Assembly (NCBI GenBank): GCA_037441285.1
Contig: JBBISL010000020.1
Location: forward strand, 1 to 35,255
Source: a candidate division WOR-3 bacterium
GTDB taxonomy: Bacteria; Hydrothermota; Tepidihabitantia; Tepidihabitantales; Tepidihabitantaceae
Direction: 5' to 3'
Length of the DNA stretch: 35,255 nt
The notes beneath the pieces are model-generated. The model was not told the origin of the DNA. It searched no databases and saw nothing but the letters and a program-made list of their open reading frames with translations. The position numbers and the translations under genes are program-made. This document shows, in pieces, positions 19,000-28,485 of the stretch; within the stretch, counting starts at the first letter, position 1, and every line of letters starts with the position of its first letter.

Positions 19000-19200
19000 A
19001 TGGAATGCTCACTGAAGCAAAATCTTCATAGTTGCACCTGCACCTATGAACCTTGCCCCCGGAAAGGCAAATGCTGCGAATGCATTGCCTATCATCGCCC
19101 GAACAACGAACTCCCCGGCTGCCTTTTTCAACCCGAAGCAGAACGAACCTATAACCGCTCAATTAGCTACTTTATTCAAACCGTACGGCAAAAGAAATGA
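19000..19200 (+). CDS. Small Cys-rich putative metal-binding protein (DUF6485-like)
   Basis: 66 aa with 8 Cys: C-x8-CTC...C..KGKCCECIAYH...LPGC; fills the gap between gcvPA and gcvPB exactly and overlaps the gcvPB start (ATGA). Family name is from recall. Confidence 0.85.
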   Translation: MECSLKQNLHSCTCTYEPCPRKGKCCECIAYHRPNNELPGCLFQPEAERTYNRSISYFIQTVRQKK

Positions 19201-20639
19201 AGAACGAAAAGCTGATCTTTGAATACTCAAAAAAGGAGCGTCGGGCTTGGTCTCTTCCCAAACTTGATGTCCCAGAAGTTGACTTAGCGGAACGGTTCGG
19301 CGATGAATATCGCCCTGACGATCGTCTGCCCGAAGTTAGTGAGGTCGACCTTGTTCGTCATTTCACTCGGCTCTCTATCTTAAACCACCATGTCGACAAA
19401 GGTTTTTACCCGCTTGGTTCCTGCACTATGAAGTACAACCCCAAGGTGAATGAACAGACCGCAAGACTACCCGGATTTACCAGTTTGCATCCTTACGAGA
19501 ATGAAGAGCTGGCGCAGGGTGCCTTGCAATTGATGTACGAACTGGGCGAATATTTAAAAGAACTGACCGGCTTTGACGCCATAACACTGGAACCTGCTGC
19601 TGGTGCTCAAGGAGAACTCACCGGAATTTTGATGGTACGCAAGTACTTTGAGAAAAAGGGGGAAAATCGAACTGTTGTTCTGATTCCGGATTCGGCTCAT
19701 GGCACCAACCCCGCATCCGTCACACTTTCGGGATTTCAGGCGGTTCAAATAAAATCGACCGCGGAAGGCTTGATTGACATTGCGGAACTGAAACGCGCCT
19801 GCTCGGACGGCGTTGCCTGTCTGATGGTCACCAACCCCAATACCCTGGGGATGTTTGAAAAAGACATCAAAGAGATTTGCGAAATCATGCACAGTCACGG
19901 TGCCTTGGTTTACCTCGATGGCGCCAACCTTAACGCCTATGTCGGCATCCATCGTCCCGGCGACGCCGGATTTGATGTGATGCACATCAACCTCCATAAA
20001 ACATTTTCAACCCCACACGGCGGTGGTGGTCCTGGTTCTGGTCCCGTAGCAGTAAAAAAACACCTTGAACCCTTCCTGCCCAAACCGGTCATTAAGTTCC
20101 AGGATGGAAAATACCTGTTCGATTACAACCGACCCGACTCCATCGGCCGAGTACTTGCCTTTCAGGGACAATTCGCGGTGCTCATCAAAGCATACACCTA
20201 CATCAGAATGCTGGGTGCCGAAGGATTGAAAGATGCTGCCGAATGTGCCGTCCTGAATGCCAATTACATCCGCAAAGAGTTAGAAGGTGTCTACGACCTC
20301 CCCTATCAAAGGCGTTCTTTGCACGAGGTCGTATTTTCCGGCACCAATCTTAAACAGTTTGGAGTCAGAACCCTTGATGTCGCAAAACGTTTACTGGATT
20401 TTGGACTGCATGCTCCAACTGTGTATTTCCCCTTAATCGTTCCTGAGGCGTTAATGATTGAACCCACAGAAACCGAATCAATTGAATCTTTAGACGAGTT
20501 CATTGCCGTGATGAAGGCAATCGCCCTTGAAGCCCAAACTAAACCAGAAAATTTGACCGGCGCACCTTGGACAACACCGGTACGGCGCTTAGATGAAGCC
20601 AAAGCCTCGCGGCAATTAGATGTCAACTTTCAAGGCTGA
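19197..20639 (+). CDS. gcvPB: Glycine dehydrogenase subunit 2 (P protein beta)
   Basis: YPLGSCTMKYNP, PAAGAQGE, PDSAHGTNPAS, PLP-Lys motif HINLHKTFSTPHGGGGPG, MIEPTETE. Confidence 0.98.
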   Translation: MKNEKLIFEYSKKERRAWSLPKLDVPEVDLAERFGDEYRPDDRLPEVSEVDLVRHFTRLSILNHHVDKGFYPLGSCTMKYNPKVNEQTARLPGFTSLHPYENEELAQGALQLMYELGEYLKELTGFDAITLEPAAGAQGELTGILMVRKYFEKKGENRTVVLIPDSAHGTNPASVTLSGFQAVQIKSTAEGLIDIAELKRACSDGVACLMVTNPNTLGMFEKDIKEICEIMHSHGALVYLDGANLNAYVGIHRPGDAGFDVMHINLHKTFSTPHGGGGPGSGPVAVKKHLEPFLPKPVIKFQDGKYLFDYNRPDSIGRVLAFQGQFAVLIKAYTYIRMLGAEGLKDAAECAVLNANYIRKELEGVYDLPYQRRSLHEVVFSGTNLKQFGVRTLDVAKRLLDFGLHAPTVYFPLIVPEALMIEPTETESIESLDEFIAVMKAIALEAQTKPENLTGAPWTTPVRRLDEAKASRQLDVNFQG

Positions 20640-20971
20640 TGTTTCCCACTGATATTAACCCCGCAAGACGAACTGAAATAATTAACAAAATTGCCCAGAA
20701 GACGGTGGACCTGCGTCTTACCCCAGTCGCCATCGTTCTGCTTGAATCGGTTAAACCACTCTCCTTTGTTGGTTCTCAGTTAATGGTTTTTTTCCAGCCG
20801 ATAATTACCGCAATCTTCCCCTTTCATCAATATGATGAGGTCGCAGCGCTACTCGAAGAAAGAGAGAACGTCGAACTCCTTATCCAGACCATTGAATCCC
20901 TGGAAGAAAACCGCTCCCAAACTCCAAAAAGTGAAAAACAACATCCGGCACAAGAAGGTAAGAAATTATGA
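20639..20971 (+). CDS. Hypothetical helical protein
   Basis: Overlaps both gcvPB (TGATG) and the next gene (ATGA); protein-like motif AIVLLESVKPLSFVGSQ...LLEERENVELLI. Confidence 0.8.
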   Translation: MFPTDINPARRTEIINKIAQKTVDLRLTPVAIVLLESVKPLSFVGSQLMVFFQPIITAIFPFHQYDEVAALLEERENVELLIQTIESLEENRSQTPKSEKQHPAQEGKKL

Positions 20972-22782
20972 AGAAATCAACATTTGAAAAAGAAAAAATA
21001 ACCCGAATTCTTGCCACTGACTGCGGCTCGACGACAACTAAGGCAATTCTGATTGAAAAACGTGGGACCGAATACCGGCTCATCGTTCGCGGTGAAGCAC
21101 CCACCACCGTTGAAGCACCCTTTGAAGATGTCACCAAAGGGGTACTCAACTCGGTAATGGAGGTCGAAGAACTGTCCGGGGTCAAACTTGTGCGGGGCGA
21201 TGAAATTTATAAGCCCAAATCGAGTGAAAAAGAGGGTACTGACATTTATATTTCCACCTCATCCGCCGGTGGTGGCTTGCAGATGATGGTTGCCGGTGTG
21301 GTTTTAACGATGACTGGAGAAAGCGCCGCCCGTGCTGCCTTAGGTGCTGGTGCCATTGTTATGGATGTCATCGCATCTAACGATGGCCGCCTTCCTCACG
21401 AAAAGATTGAGCGAATTCGAACCCTGCGGCCTGATATGATTCTTTTGTCTGGTGGAGTTGATGGCGGTACAATTTCCCACGTTGTTGAGCTGGCGGAACT
21501 AATCGCCGCGGCTGACCCAAAGCCCCGTTTCGGCATCGGCTACAATCTACCGGTGATCTATGCCGGGAACCGTGATGCCCGGGAATTGGTGTTAAAAACC
21601 TTAAAAGATAAAACCAGTTTGGTAATTGTCGAAAACATCCGGCCGGTTCTGGAGCGGGAAAATCTCGGACCGGCCCGCCACAAAATTCACGACCTCTTTA
21701 TGGAGCATGTGATGGCACACGCCCCGGGCTACAAAAAATTAATGGATTGGACCGATGTTCCGATTATGCCTACACCCGGTGCGGTTGGATTGCTAATTGA
21801 AAACATAGGCAAAACCCAGAATATCGCGGTCCTTGGAGTCGACATCGGCGGCGCAACAACCGATGTTTTCAGTGTATTCCAGGGTATTTTCAACCGTACC
21901 GTCTCCGCAAACCTTGGTATGTCGTATTCGGTCTCCAATGTTTTGGTCGAAGCGGGGGAAGAGAATATTATTCGCTGGCTACCATTAGAAATTCCGCCCA
22001 ACGAAGTGCGCAATCGTATCCGCAACAAAATGATTCGCCCCACCACCATCCCTTCGACCCTTGAAGATCTGAAACTGGAACAGGCGATTGCCCGGGAAGC
22101 GCTCCGTTTGGCACTGGAACATCACAAATCAATGGCGGTCGGGTTAAAAGGTATTCAGCAGGAACGCACAATTTCGGATGCCTTTGCTCAGGCACGCACT
22201 GGCGAAACCCTCGTGAATATGATGGAACTAAACCTTGTTGTCGGTTCGGGCGGTGCGCTCTCCCATGCCCCACGCCGGGCACAAGCCGCAATGATGCTCC
22301 TTGACGCCTTCCAGCCCGAAGGAGTAACCCGGCTCACAGTTGATTCAATCTTTATGATGCCTCACCTTGGCGTCCTCACCGAAGTTCACCCGGAAGCCGC
22401 CCAGGAGGTGTTCGAAAAAGACTGCCTGATTCATCTGGGCACCAGCATTGCACCCACCGGACAGGGCAAAGAAGGACGCCCCTGTGTTCATGTGAAGATA
22501 ATAAAGTCGAACGGTGAAGAAATGGAAGCACGGGTAAACTTTGGCGATATAAAGTGCCTGCCGCTACCGGTAGGAGAAACCGCTCGAGCAATCATAACAC
22601 CTGAACGAGGGTTTGATGTTGGTGCCGGTTCGGGGAAAACCTACGAATCCCAGGTGGAAGGTGGCATCTCCGGAGTCATCATTGATGCCCGGGGCCGACC
22701 GTTAACTTTACCTGCGGATGACCGCACCCGGCGAGAAACTTTGGCAAAATGGGCAACACAGCTTAACGCTTACCCATTTTAA
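20968..22782 (+). CDS. GlmL/'MutL' (glutamate mutase L)-like ASKHA-fold ATPase, long form
   Basis: Phosphate-1 TDCGSTTTK, SSAGGGL, LLSGGVDGG, YAGN, MPTP, phosphate-2 VDIGGATTDVFS, RTV..NLGM, GSGGAL; C-terminal extension ending IIDARGRP. Confidence 0.88.
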   Translation: MKKSTFEKEKITRILATDCGSTTTKAILIEKRGTEYRLIVRGEAPTTVEAPFEDVTKGVLNSVMEVEELSGVKLVRGDEIYKPKSSEKEGTDIYISTSSAGGGLQMMVAGVVLTMTGESAARAALGAGAIVMDVIASNDGRLPHEKIERIRTLRPDMILLSGGVDGGTISHVVELAELIAAADPKPRFGIGYNLPVIYAGNRDARELVLKTLKDKTSLVIVENIRPVLERENLGPARHKIHDLFMEHVMAHAPGYKKLMDWTDVPIMPTPGAVGLLIENIGKTQNIAVLGVDIGGATTDVFSVFQGIFNRTVSANLGMSYSVSNVLVEAGEENIIRWLPLEIPPNEVRNRIRNKMIRPTTIPSTLEDLKLEQAIAREALRLALEHHKSMAVGLKGIQQERTISDAFAQARTGETLVNMMELNLVVGSGGALSHAPRRAQAAMMLLDAFQPEGVTRLTVDSIFMMPHLGVLTEVHPEAAQEVFEKDCLIHLGTSIAPTGQGKEGRPCVHVKIIKSNGEEMEARVNFGDIKCLPLPVGETARAIITPERGFDVGAGSGKTYESQVEGGISGVIIDARGRPLTLPADDRTRRETLAKWATQLNAYPF

Positions 22783-23187
22783 TCAGGTTTTCCTTAAAGA
22801 TTTCAAGTAATCGGTGATAATCTGTCGGTGGTCAAAAACGAGATTTTCTTCTATCGCCTTATCCAGTGCCACAAGTTTATATGCCCGGGCATCATCTCCT
22901 GCCTTCAATTTACCCCGGCCTCGAGCCACAAATACAACCGAAACGCAATGCCGGCGCGGGTCGCGGTCCGGCGCTGAATACACACGAAACTGACGTAAAC
23001 CGCTCAGCGATAAACCGGTTTCTTCTCTTACCTCGCGACACACCGCTTCTTCTACTGTCTCGCCATAATTCACAAAACCGCCCGGCAATGCCCAGCCTTT
23101 AGGCTCGTTCAAACGTTCAATCAATACAATGCGTTTACCGAGCAAAACAATACAGTCAACCGCTAATTTAGGTTGGCGATATCTCAC
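22783..23187 (-). CDS. NUDIX hydrolase (ADP-ribose pyrophosphatase/MutT-like)
   Basis: Nudix box GGFVNYGETVEEAVCREVREETGL, RDPR, AGDDA, FDH. Confidence 0.93.
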   Translation of the reverse strand: MRYRQPKLAVDCIVLLGKRIVLIERLNEPKGWALPGGFVNYGETVEEAVCREVREETGLSLSGLRQFRVYSAPDRDPRRHCVSVVFVARGRGKLKAGDDARAYKLVALDKAIEENLVFDHRQIITDYLKSLRKT

Positions 23188-24016
23188 TAAAATAGTCCTC
23201 CAGTGCCTCCTGCCAGGGCCTTAAAACCCTGCCAAACCGCCGGCGGTAGTTTCTGTTTTCCAGAACAGAAAAGCGAGGACGTGGTGCCCGACGGCCACTT
23301 TCTTCAGCAGTAATCGGAATAACTTCGCAATTACTCTTAGAAAAGCGAACAATTTCTTTAGCAAACTCAAACCAGGAACAAAATCCCGAATTTGTCAGAT
23401 GGTAAATGCCGTAATGCGCACTACGGGCAAGTTCTAAAAGTGGTTCGCACAAATCCTGAGCATAAGTTGGAGAACCCACCTGGTCTGCAACCACTTTAAT
23501 CTCCGTCTCCACCGCGCACTTCTGCCGGATGGTATCAACAAAATTTCTCCCTCCTCTTCCAAAGAGCCAGCTTGTCCGCACAATAAACCATCTGCGGCTG
23601 TTGCGCCTTACCGCCTCTTCACCCATCATTTTGGACCGGCCATAAACCGACAATGGATTGGGACGGTCTGACTCCCGATAGGCCCTTTTGGAGTTGCCAT
23701 CAAATACATAATCAGTTGAGATGTAAATCAGTTTGGCGCCAATCTCCGCAACACCCAGAGCTACCGCCCAGGTCCCTTGAAAGTTTACCGCCATTGCTCG
23801 GGCAGGATTTTCCTCACATCCATCGACATCAGTCCATGCTGCAAGATGAAAGACCACATCCGGGTCTACTGAGTGCAGCCCATTGATAACCTGTTCCACC
23901 ACGGTAACATCATTTTCCGGCAGGTCCCACTGGACAACTTCGTTCTGTTGACTGTGCAGGTATTTGACTAAATACTTTCCGAGAAGCCCTCGTGCCCCGG
24001 TTACAAGACAGCGCAC
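23168..24016 (-). CDS. rfbD: dTDP-4-dehydrorhamnose reductase
   Basis: TGARGLLG, AAWTDVDGCE, ISTDYVFDG, YGRSK, DQVGSPT, RAPRP. Confidence 0.95.
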   Translation of the reverse strand: MRCLVTGARGLLGKYLVKYLHSQQNEVVQWDLPENDVTVVEQVINGLHSVDPDVVFHLAAWTDVDGCEENPARAMAVNFQGTWAVALGVAEIGAKLIYISTDYVFDGNSKRAYRESDRPNPLSVYGRSKMMGEEAVRRNSRRWFIVRTSWLFGRGGRNFVDTIRQKCAVETEIKVVADQVGSPTYAQDLCEPLLELARSAHYGIYHLTNSGFCSWFEFAKEIVRFSKSNCEVIPITAEESGRRAPRPRFSVLENRNYRRRFGRVLRPWQEALEDYFSEISPT

Positions 24017-24027
24017 CTTATCTCTTC

Positions 24028-24624
24028 TTACCCTTGCCCTTCATACTGATTGTCTTTCTCTTGAGCCGCAAAAAGAATTGCGGCGAGTTCTGTGCAAAAC
24101 TCCTCTCGCACTTGATTTAAAATTGTATCGAGAGAAAGGTCGAGCTCTTCTTTACCAGCAACATGCCCGGCCGCAGCAAGTCTAATAATTACCCCGCCTG
24201 TGATTGGTGCCGGTTCACCCGGTGTAATTCCTGCTACTTTGCCCCATCGTTTTGTGTCATTGGGCGACAGGTGTATTGAGGATTGAGGCGAAGCATACTT
24301 TTTCACAATCTTCTCTATGATTTTCGGATAATCTGGGCTGCTTAAAATCGCCTTCTTTGCCTCGGTACCTACTGAGTCAATAACCTGCCATTTCGCTTCA
24401 AGAACAATTTTACGTCCTTCCAGTTGAGCTTGACTTCGAGCCTGCTCGTTCATCGCCTGAATCCGTTGTTCGCGCCGCTCGGCAATTTCCCTTTTTAGCG
24501 TCTCAATGACATTCTGAGTGCGCTGCTCAATTTCTGCCAGCGCTCGTTTCTTCTCCTCTTGAATCGCTGTTACCTTTAAACGGGCATCGGCGTAAATCTT
24601 TTCAATCAGTTCGGCAGTTCCCAC
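24028..24624 (-). CDS. V/A-type ATPase subunit E
   Basis: Coiled-coil N-terminus, ITGGVII and DLSLDT C-terminal motifs; follows subunit K. Confidence 0.85.
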   Translation of the reverse strand: MGTAELIEKIYADARLKVTAIQEEKKRALAEIEQRTQNVIETLKREIAERREQRIQAMNEQARSQAQLEGRKIVLEAKWQVIDSVGTEAKKAILSSPDYPKIIEKIVKKYASPQSSIHLSPNDTKRWGKVAGITPGEPAPITGGVIIRLAAAGHVAGKEELDLSLDTILNQVREEFCTELAAILFAAQEKDNQYEGQG

Positions 24625-24627
24625 GGT

Positions 24628-25116
<489 letters not shown>

Positions 25117-27366
25117 TTACGATTTCCATGCTACAAATTGATGAACTTCTTTGAAAGGCACAAAAGGTTCTCCCCCACCAGTATAAAAGCGGGGGAAGAA
25201 CTCCACATACTGCAGGCGGAGCGAATGAACAAACGCCCCTAAAACATTAACTGCAATATTGTAAGTATGACCAATTACCAGCACAATCAACGCCATCAGG
25301 ACCCCAACAACTGGTACCCGCACGACCATCCAGGCAATTACATTTATCGCCATTGCCACCCCGCCGGTACACATCCCGAGTGCCATCAATCTGACATATG
25401 AAAGTAACACCCCGATATAACTTGTTGCCCCATAAAGTGCATAGCCACCCCAGACAAACTTTTTTAGCAATCTTTTCCCGACCGGTGCAAAAAAGTAGAA
25501 TGCGGTACCAATTAAAGCTGGAACTATCGCCGGGAGGGTTTTGAGTAAATAAAGTACAAGACTCGCTATCGTTCCAATACCTAACAGTAAGGACAACCAC
25601 TGTACTCGACCTTTTTGCCCACCCTGTGTTATTACAATTTGCTGTAAAATGGAATAAAATGCATATCCGGACATAATTAAGAACAAACCCAAAACCACCC
25701 ATCGAACCCAAAAGAGCTCCTCCGGCAACCAGCCCAGCCGAGCGCCGATGAAAACTAAAAGCGCGGCAATTAAGAAAAACCACAGTGTCTGAGAAACCAT
25801 TGTCTCTTTTTCCCGTCGGGTCCAAACCACGATTCCGGCGACAGACAGAAGAGTAACGATTAAAAGAAGTGAACTGAGCCAACCGGGCAAAGAGCGCAGT
25901 AAAATTAAACGAAAGACCAGGCTATTGATAAATAAAAACCACGGAAGTTGACCAAGGAACGCATCGCCATAATTTTTCACCCGAACACAATCCGCAATCT
26001 CAAAAGCGATACCGGCAATCAACTGCAGGTATCCCAGCGCGAGGGAAAGGACGAAAAACTTCATTGGCTCTTTCATCGGGTCAAACCATAGAAACTTATT
26101 TTTCAAATCCACCAGCCATGAAATCCCAAGTCGGTCGGGCAAATCACCAAACCACCCACCTACCATTGCCCCAGCCGGAATTGTCAGCAGTCCACCAATA
26201 AGAATTATTCTTAATAGTTTGTTATCCACACCCATTTTTCGCATTAAGAGTAACGCCGCCAGCGCTACAATTATTCCGTATCCCGCATCGGTTAGGCACA
26301 GGGCAAAAAATACGCCGAAAAACGGAGCAATCAACCAGGTAGGGTCAAGTTCCGTTGGTAAGGGTAACTGGTACAACTCTAAAACAAGTTCAAATGGCTT
26401 CCAGAGTCGGCGATTCGCCAATGCTACCGGTGGCTCCTCACCCGGTTCCGGTTTTATCCGTACCACCACCGCGGTTTTCATTTCTTCAACCAAACGCGCC
26501 AGCTTTTTGTAATCCCGTTCTCTAACCCAGCCATAAATTATTAAAGCAAAATCGGTCCAGAGCGCACGAGACTCTGCCTCCACACGTTTAATTTGATTAA
26601 TAATAGCATCAGCACGAGCCTTCAGTTGTGGTAATTCCGCAGCATATCGGGCAATTTCCTTTTGCACCTCTTCGATTTCCGACTTAATTTGGTCCTGTTC
26701 CCGTTGCCGGTCTTTAATAACATCCGCTGGCAAGCGGTTTACATCCTTCAGTTCGACATTTTCCCAGTGTCGGCTGTTAAGAACCGCCGTAACATCCTCT
26801 AACGCTTCCTTTGAAACCAGAACAGCAGCGAACACCGTTCCGCGTTCTTCGCTAACCTCTTCAATTACCGCCAGTTTATCGCTAAGAGCGGACCGCGCAT
26901 CAAGAAACTCATGCCGCCCCGGAAACTTACCCAACAGAACCTTGATACTGGTAAAACCTTCTAATTCTGCGAGGGAATGCTTCAAATTTGCCCACGGCTT
27001 TAAACGGTTTATCTCCTCCTCGAGAAACTTCAACCTCGCCTCGAGCTCCTGTTGTTTCGCCGTTAAACGCTGAATTTCCTTTACTCTGGTCTCGATATCA
27101 AATTCTGCCGCAATTCGCTCATATTCCATTCGGTCAAGAAGTACTTTCCCCTTTGCCTTCTTTTTGTCCTGTAAACTATCCAGTAATTCAATCGTTCCAA
27201 GAATTTGATTGAGATTACCCTCTTCATCAGCAAAACGCCTTTCACTGTCAGAATCCGCAATCCGTACAATATGCAAAATCCCTAACTGCTGGAGCCTGGT
27301 TAAGAACTCTTCTTTTTTAGACTGGTGAATGACAACCGCAACCTTGGAAACCCGTTCTATTGCCAT
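25117..27366 (-). CDS. ntpI: V/A-type ATPase subunit I (a)
   Basis: Coiled-coil N-terminal half, IYGWV, PPVALAN, ELDPT, TDAGYG, SYVRLMALG (essential Arg), HSLRLQYVEFF. Confidence 0.95.
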   Translation of the reverse strand: MAIERVSKVAVVIHQSKKEEFLTRLQQLGILHIVRIADSDSERRFADEEGNLNQILGTIELLDSLQDKKKAKGKVLLDRMEYERIAAEFDIETRVKEIQRLTAKQQELEARLKFLEEEINRLKPWANLKHSLAELEGFTSIKVLLGKFPGRHEFLDARSALSDKLAVIEEVSEERGTVFAAVLVSKEALEDVTAVLNSRHWENVELKDVNRLPADVIKDRQREQDQIKSEIEEVQKEIARYAAELPQLKARADAIINQIKRVEAESRALWTDFALIIYGWVRERDYKKLARLVEEMKTAVVVRIKPEPGEEPPVALANRRLWKPFELVLELYQLPLPTELDPTWLIAPFFGVFFALCLTDAGYGIIVALAALLLMRKMGVDNKLLRIILIGGLLTIPAGAMVGGWFGDLPDRLGISWLVDLKNKFLWFDPMKEPMKFFVLSLALGYLQLIAGIAFEIADCVRVKNYGDAFLGQLPWFLFINSLVFRLILLRSLPGWLSSLLLIVTLLSVAGIVVWTRREKETMVSQTLWFFLIAALLVFIGARLGWLPEELFWVRWVVLGLFLIMSGYAFYSILQQIVITQGGQKGRVQWLSLLLGIGTIASLVLYLLKTLPAIVPALIGTAFYFFAPVGKRLLKKFVWGGYALYGATSYIGVLLSYVRLMALGMCTGGVAMAINVIAWMVVRVPVVGVLMALIVLVIGHTYNIAVNVLGAFVHSLRLQYVEFFPRFYTGGGEPFVPFKEVHQFVAWKS

Positions 27367-27680
27367 CGCTCTTTTACCATACGCACAACTAATTCTATCG
27401 CCTTTTCCAGACGCTCCTGTGGGATTTTTTTAACCCTCTCCGCCTCTTCCTTTGCCTCATTCAGCAATTTTCTTAACACCTCTTCTGCCTCTAAACTCGC
27501 TTTCTTCAACGCCTGTTCAAACTCATCCTGAAGCCGTTCCCGGGTTCGCGCGATAACTTCTGAAGCTACCGCCTCAGCCTCAACAACCGCCCGCCTCTTA
27601 TCTTCCTCTGCCCCGGCAATCATTTTCCTTGCTTCGTTTTCGGCGTCTTTTATCTGCTGAATTATGTCTGATTCAGGCAT
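27357..27680 (-). CDS. V/A-type ATPase peripheral stalk subunit H/G
   Basis: IIQQIKDAENEARKMI...A EK-rich coiled coil directly upstream of subunit I. ATG at 27680 with a GAGG SD preferred over 27689. Confidence 0.82.
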   Translation of the reverse strand: MPESDIIQQIKDAENEARKMIAGAEEDKRRAVVEAEAVASEVIARTRERLQDEFEQALKKASLEAEEVLRKLLNEAKEEAERVKKIPQERLEKAIELVVRMVKERWQ

Positions 27681-27745
27681 CGTCCTCAAGAACTAAAACC
27701 TCAACCCGCCAACTTCCACACCCGTCCCAGGTGAAAATGTCAAAA

Positions 27746-28363
27746 TCAACCCCCGTTTCCTGCTGGTTCGCTCTCCCCTTCCATCTCGGTATCCGGTTGA
27801 GGCTGAACCACAAACCCGATTTTGGTCTTCATCGACTCAACCGGCACATTATCTTTGCTCAGGAAAAACTCAACTGCTGGTCCAACAACTTCATACCCCT
27901 CTTCATCAATCCACTCAAGCAACTTATCATAGGTTGAATGAACATTGTCATAACCGCCGGTATGTATCGTCCAGGCGATATCCATCGCGGGTAACTTATT
28001 CACGACAACTCCCGCCTTTTGACCAGATGGGGTTGTTTGGGGCACCGGGATACAAACCGCCCAATTACAACTTTCTGCAGGTACAACCTGAGGACTGTCA
28101 TAGTACAAAACAAAAGGTGCCCCGGCCGGAGTAACCTTATTTGACTCTAACCAACCGTTAAGTTCCTTCAATGCGTTCCCAATGCCACTATATGGTCCAG
28201 TTCGATTCAGACTCGCCACCGTCATTGAATCCAGCGTTTCAATCTGAGCAATAAACTCCTGGACCGGTTTAGAGCTTTCGGGCTTACCCGACTTTGGTCC
28301 ACAGTTTAACAGCAGAAAAACGCCTAAAATGATAACAACTAACTTCATCTCTTCTTTTATCAT
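27746..28363 (-). CDS. GyrI-like small-molecule-binding domain lipoprotein
   Basis: Hydrophobic signal ending LLN-C; GPY..IG.AL..L..W, GAPF..YYDSP, HTGGYD, Y.KL.EWI, VEFF; acidic tail. Alternative start at 28348. Confidence 0.88.
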   Translation of the reverse strand: MIKEEMKLVVIILGVFLLLNCGPKSGKPESSKPVQEFIAQIETLDSMTVASLNRTGPYSGIGNALKELNGWLESNKVTPAGAPFVLYYDSPQVVPAESCNWAVCIPVPQTTPSGQKAGVVVNKLPAMDIAWTIHTGGYDNVHSTYDKLLEWIDEEGYEVVGPAVEFFLSKDNVPVESMKTKIGFVVQPQPDTEMEGESEPAGNGG

Positions 28364-28402
28364 CTGCTCTCCTTTTTACTTTAATATGACTCGATTTTAT
28401 TT

Positions 28403-28430
28403 ATTATACCACCCTCTTTGCTTGTGTCAA
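28403..28430 (-). promoter_or_regulatory. Consensus sigma70-type promoter for the GyrI-like/V-ATPase run
   Basis: Minus strand reads TTGACA-16 bp-TATAAT (both hexamers perfect); short leader with AAGGAG SD. Confidence 0.85.
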
Positions 28431-28457
28431 ACATCTCAATTGCACTGTAAGCAATAT

Positions 28458-28485
28458 TTGACTTAAACTTCTTTCAATGTAAGAT
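28458..28485 (+). promoter_or_regulatory. sigma70-type promoter for the thiolase-DUF35 pair
   Basis: TTGACT-16 bp-TAAGAT, giving a leader of about 80 nt with AAGGAGG SD. Confidence 0.75.

Noticed and set aside
20637..20641. TGA at the end of gcvPB as possible selenocysteine or readthrough
   Set aside because: GcvPB is full length and the next ORF starts in another frame via a TGATG overlap, which is ordinary translational coupling.
20968..22782. Calling this gene DNA mismatch repair mutL
   Set aside because: Name clash only: the motifs are ASKHA (actin-like), not the GHKL fold of mismatch-repair MutL.
25247..25882. 211-aa alternative-frame ORF inside subunit I
   Set aside because: Lies wholly within a well-supported gene; no motif, start signal or frameshift cue.
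26222..26230. Perfect DnaA box TTATCCACA
   Set aside because: A single copy inside the subunit I coding sequence, with no cluster or AT-rich unwinding element.
27738..27743. Perfect TTGACA on the minus strand upstream of the ATPase H/G gene, a possible internal promoter
   Set aside because: No TAnnnT 16-18 bp downstream (GTGTGG/TGTGGA instead).
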